From an uncultured delta proteobacterium (GTDB lineage: Bacteria > Desulfobacterota > Desulfobaccia > Desulfobaccales > 0-14-0-80-60-11), in the NCBI GenBank assembly GCA_963773285.1, contig CAVZAM010000006.1, forward strand, positions 25,786 to 89,785: a stretch of DNA of 64,000 bases, given 5' to 3'. Numbering within the stretch: the stretch's first letter is position 1; the number at the start of each line of letters is the position of its first letter. Below, piece after piece: positions 63,239 to 64,000 of this stretch. The notes below the pieces were generated by a model. The model had not been told where the DNA came from and made no database searches. It saw nothing but the letters and a program-made list of their open reading frames with translations. Made by a program: the position numbers and the translations under genes.

Positions 63239-64000
63239 TTATTCCAGCCGGGAGCCCACCAGATCCTCCCAGGTGGCCACCACGGGCCCCAGAAACTCCG
63301 GTTCCCCCTCCCACTGGGCCCGCTCGATGAGAAAATGGCCGTCGCCGGTGGCCACTAAAAGACCCTCACCCAGAAGGCGCGCCATGACCTGGCCCGGCAC
63401 CCCGACGGCCGCGACCGGCTCGGCCAGGGCACGTCCCCACCAGATGAAGAGCTTGCGCCCGTTAAGAAAAGTGAAGGCCCCGGGGTAAGGGTGGGTCACG
63501 GCCCGCACCAGATTATAAATCTCTTTGGCCGGCCTGGTCCACTGAATATGTCCGTCTTCCGGCCGCCGGCCGCCGAAATACGAGGCCCCGGCGTGATCCT
63601 GGGGCACCCGGGGGGCCTGGCCGGCCCGCAATAACGGGTAGGTTTCCTGCAAGATTTCCTCGGCGGCCACGGTCATTTTGGCAAACAGGGTAACGGCCGT
63701 ATCCTCCGGGGTGATGGGGACTCTTTTCTGGGCCACGATGTCGCCCCGGTCGGCCTTGGCCTCCATGTAGTGCAGGGTCATGCCGGTCTCGGTTTCGCCG
63801 TGGACCAGGACCCAGTTCACCGGCACCCGGCCCCGGTATTTGGGGAGGAGGCTGCCGTGCATATTGAGGGCCCCCCGGGTGGGGAGCGCCAACAGGGGCG
63901 GCTTCAGCATGTGCCGGTAATAGCAGGAAAAAAGAAAGTCAGGGGCCAGGCGGGCCATGGCGGCCACGAAGGCCGGGTCGTTGGGGTCCTCCGGCTGGTA
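63239..64000 (-). CDS. formyltransferase (ArnA N-terminal-domain type), N-terminus beyond the window edge
   Basis: The frame is open to position 64000. It has the formyltransferase motif NMHGSLLPKYRG and a C-terminal OB-like domain. Confidence 0.85.
   Translation of the reverse strand, partial: YQPEDPNDPAFVAAMARLAPDFLFSCYYRHMLKPPLLALPTRGALNMHGSLLPKYRGRVPVNWVLVHGETETGMTLHYMEAKADRGDIVAQKRVPITPEDTAVTLFAKMTVAAEEILQETYPLLRAGQAPRVPQDHAGASYFGGRRPEDGHIQWTRPAKEIYNLVRAVTHPYPGAFTFLNGRKLFIWWGRALAEPVAAVGVPGQVMARLLGEGLLVATGDGHFLIERAQWEGEPEFLGPVVATWEDLVGSRLE

Overview
High-GC bacterial chromosome segment made up almost entirely of housekeeping genes. I cannot name the organism. The split atp operon with b/b' subunits, the hrcA-grpE-dnaK order, a siroheme-linked hemA cluster and an AICARFT-only purH fit a Thermodesulfobacteriota/deltaproteobacterial-type genome, at low confidence. 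Genes present: sirC-ccsA-like-hemA, mnmG, a VIT-vWA protein, dnaK-grpE-hrcA, phoU, glmS/glmU, atpF'FHAGDC, rodA, recR-ybaB-dnaX, three tRNAs, tadA, purH, rpmB, relA/spoT, proS, holA-lptE-leuS, tyrS, and a ddl-HD-ispF-ispD-arnD-arnA string. Four things stand out. (1) Fourteen copies of a modular G-tract/C-tract intergenic repeat, about 2 kb in total, sit at gene junctions; they form three hairpin units and show compensatory base changes, and I do not recognise the family. (2) About 24 single-nucleotide frame disruptions, mostly extra bases in short homopolymers, hit at least 13 genes, including the essential genes leuS (9 sites), proS and dnaX. This looks like consensus/assembly error rather than real decay, with a sharp hotspot at 51.3-51.9 kb. 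(3) Three small AT-rich islets are present: a hicAB cassette flanked by a duplicated rodA 3' end, an amber-interrupted PIN gene bounded by inverted heptamer arrays, and a DUF2283 islet with GTAG-type REP-like palindromes. (4) Two tandem genes encode secreted Lys/Cys-rich proteins of unknown function. I found no CRISPR array, rRNA or transposase.
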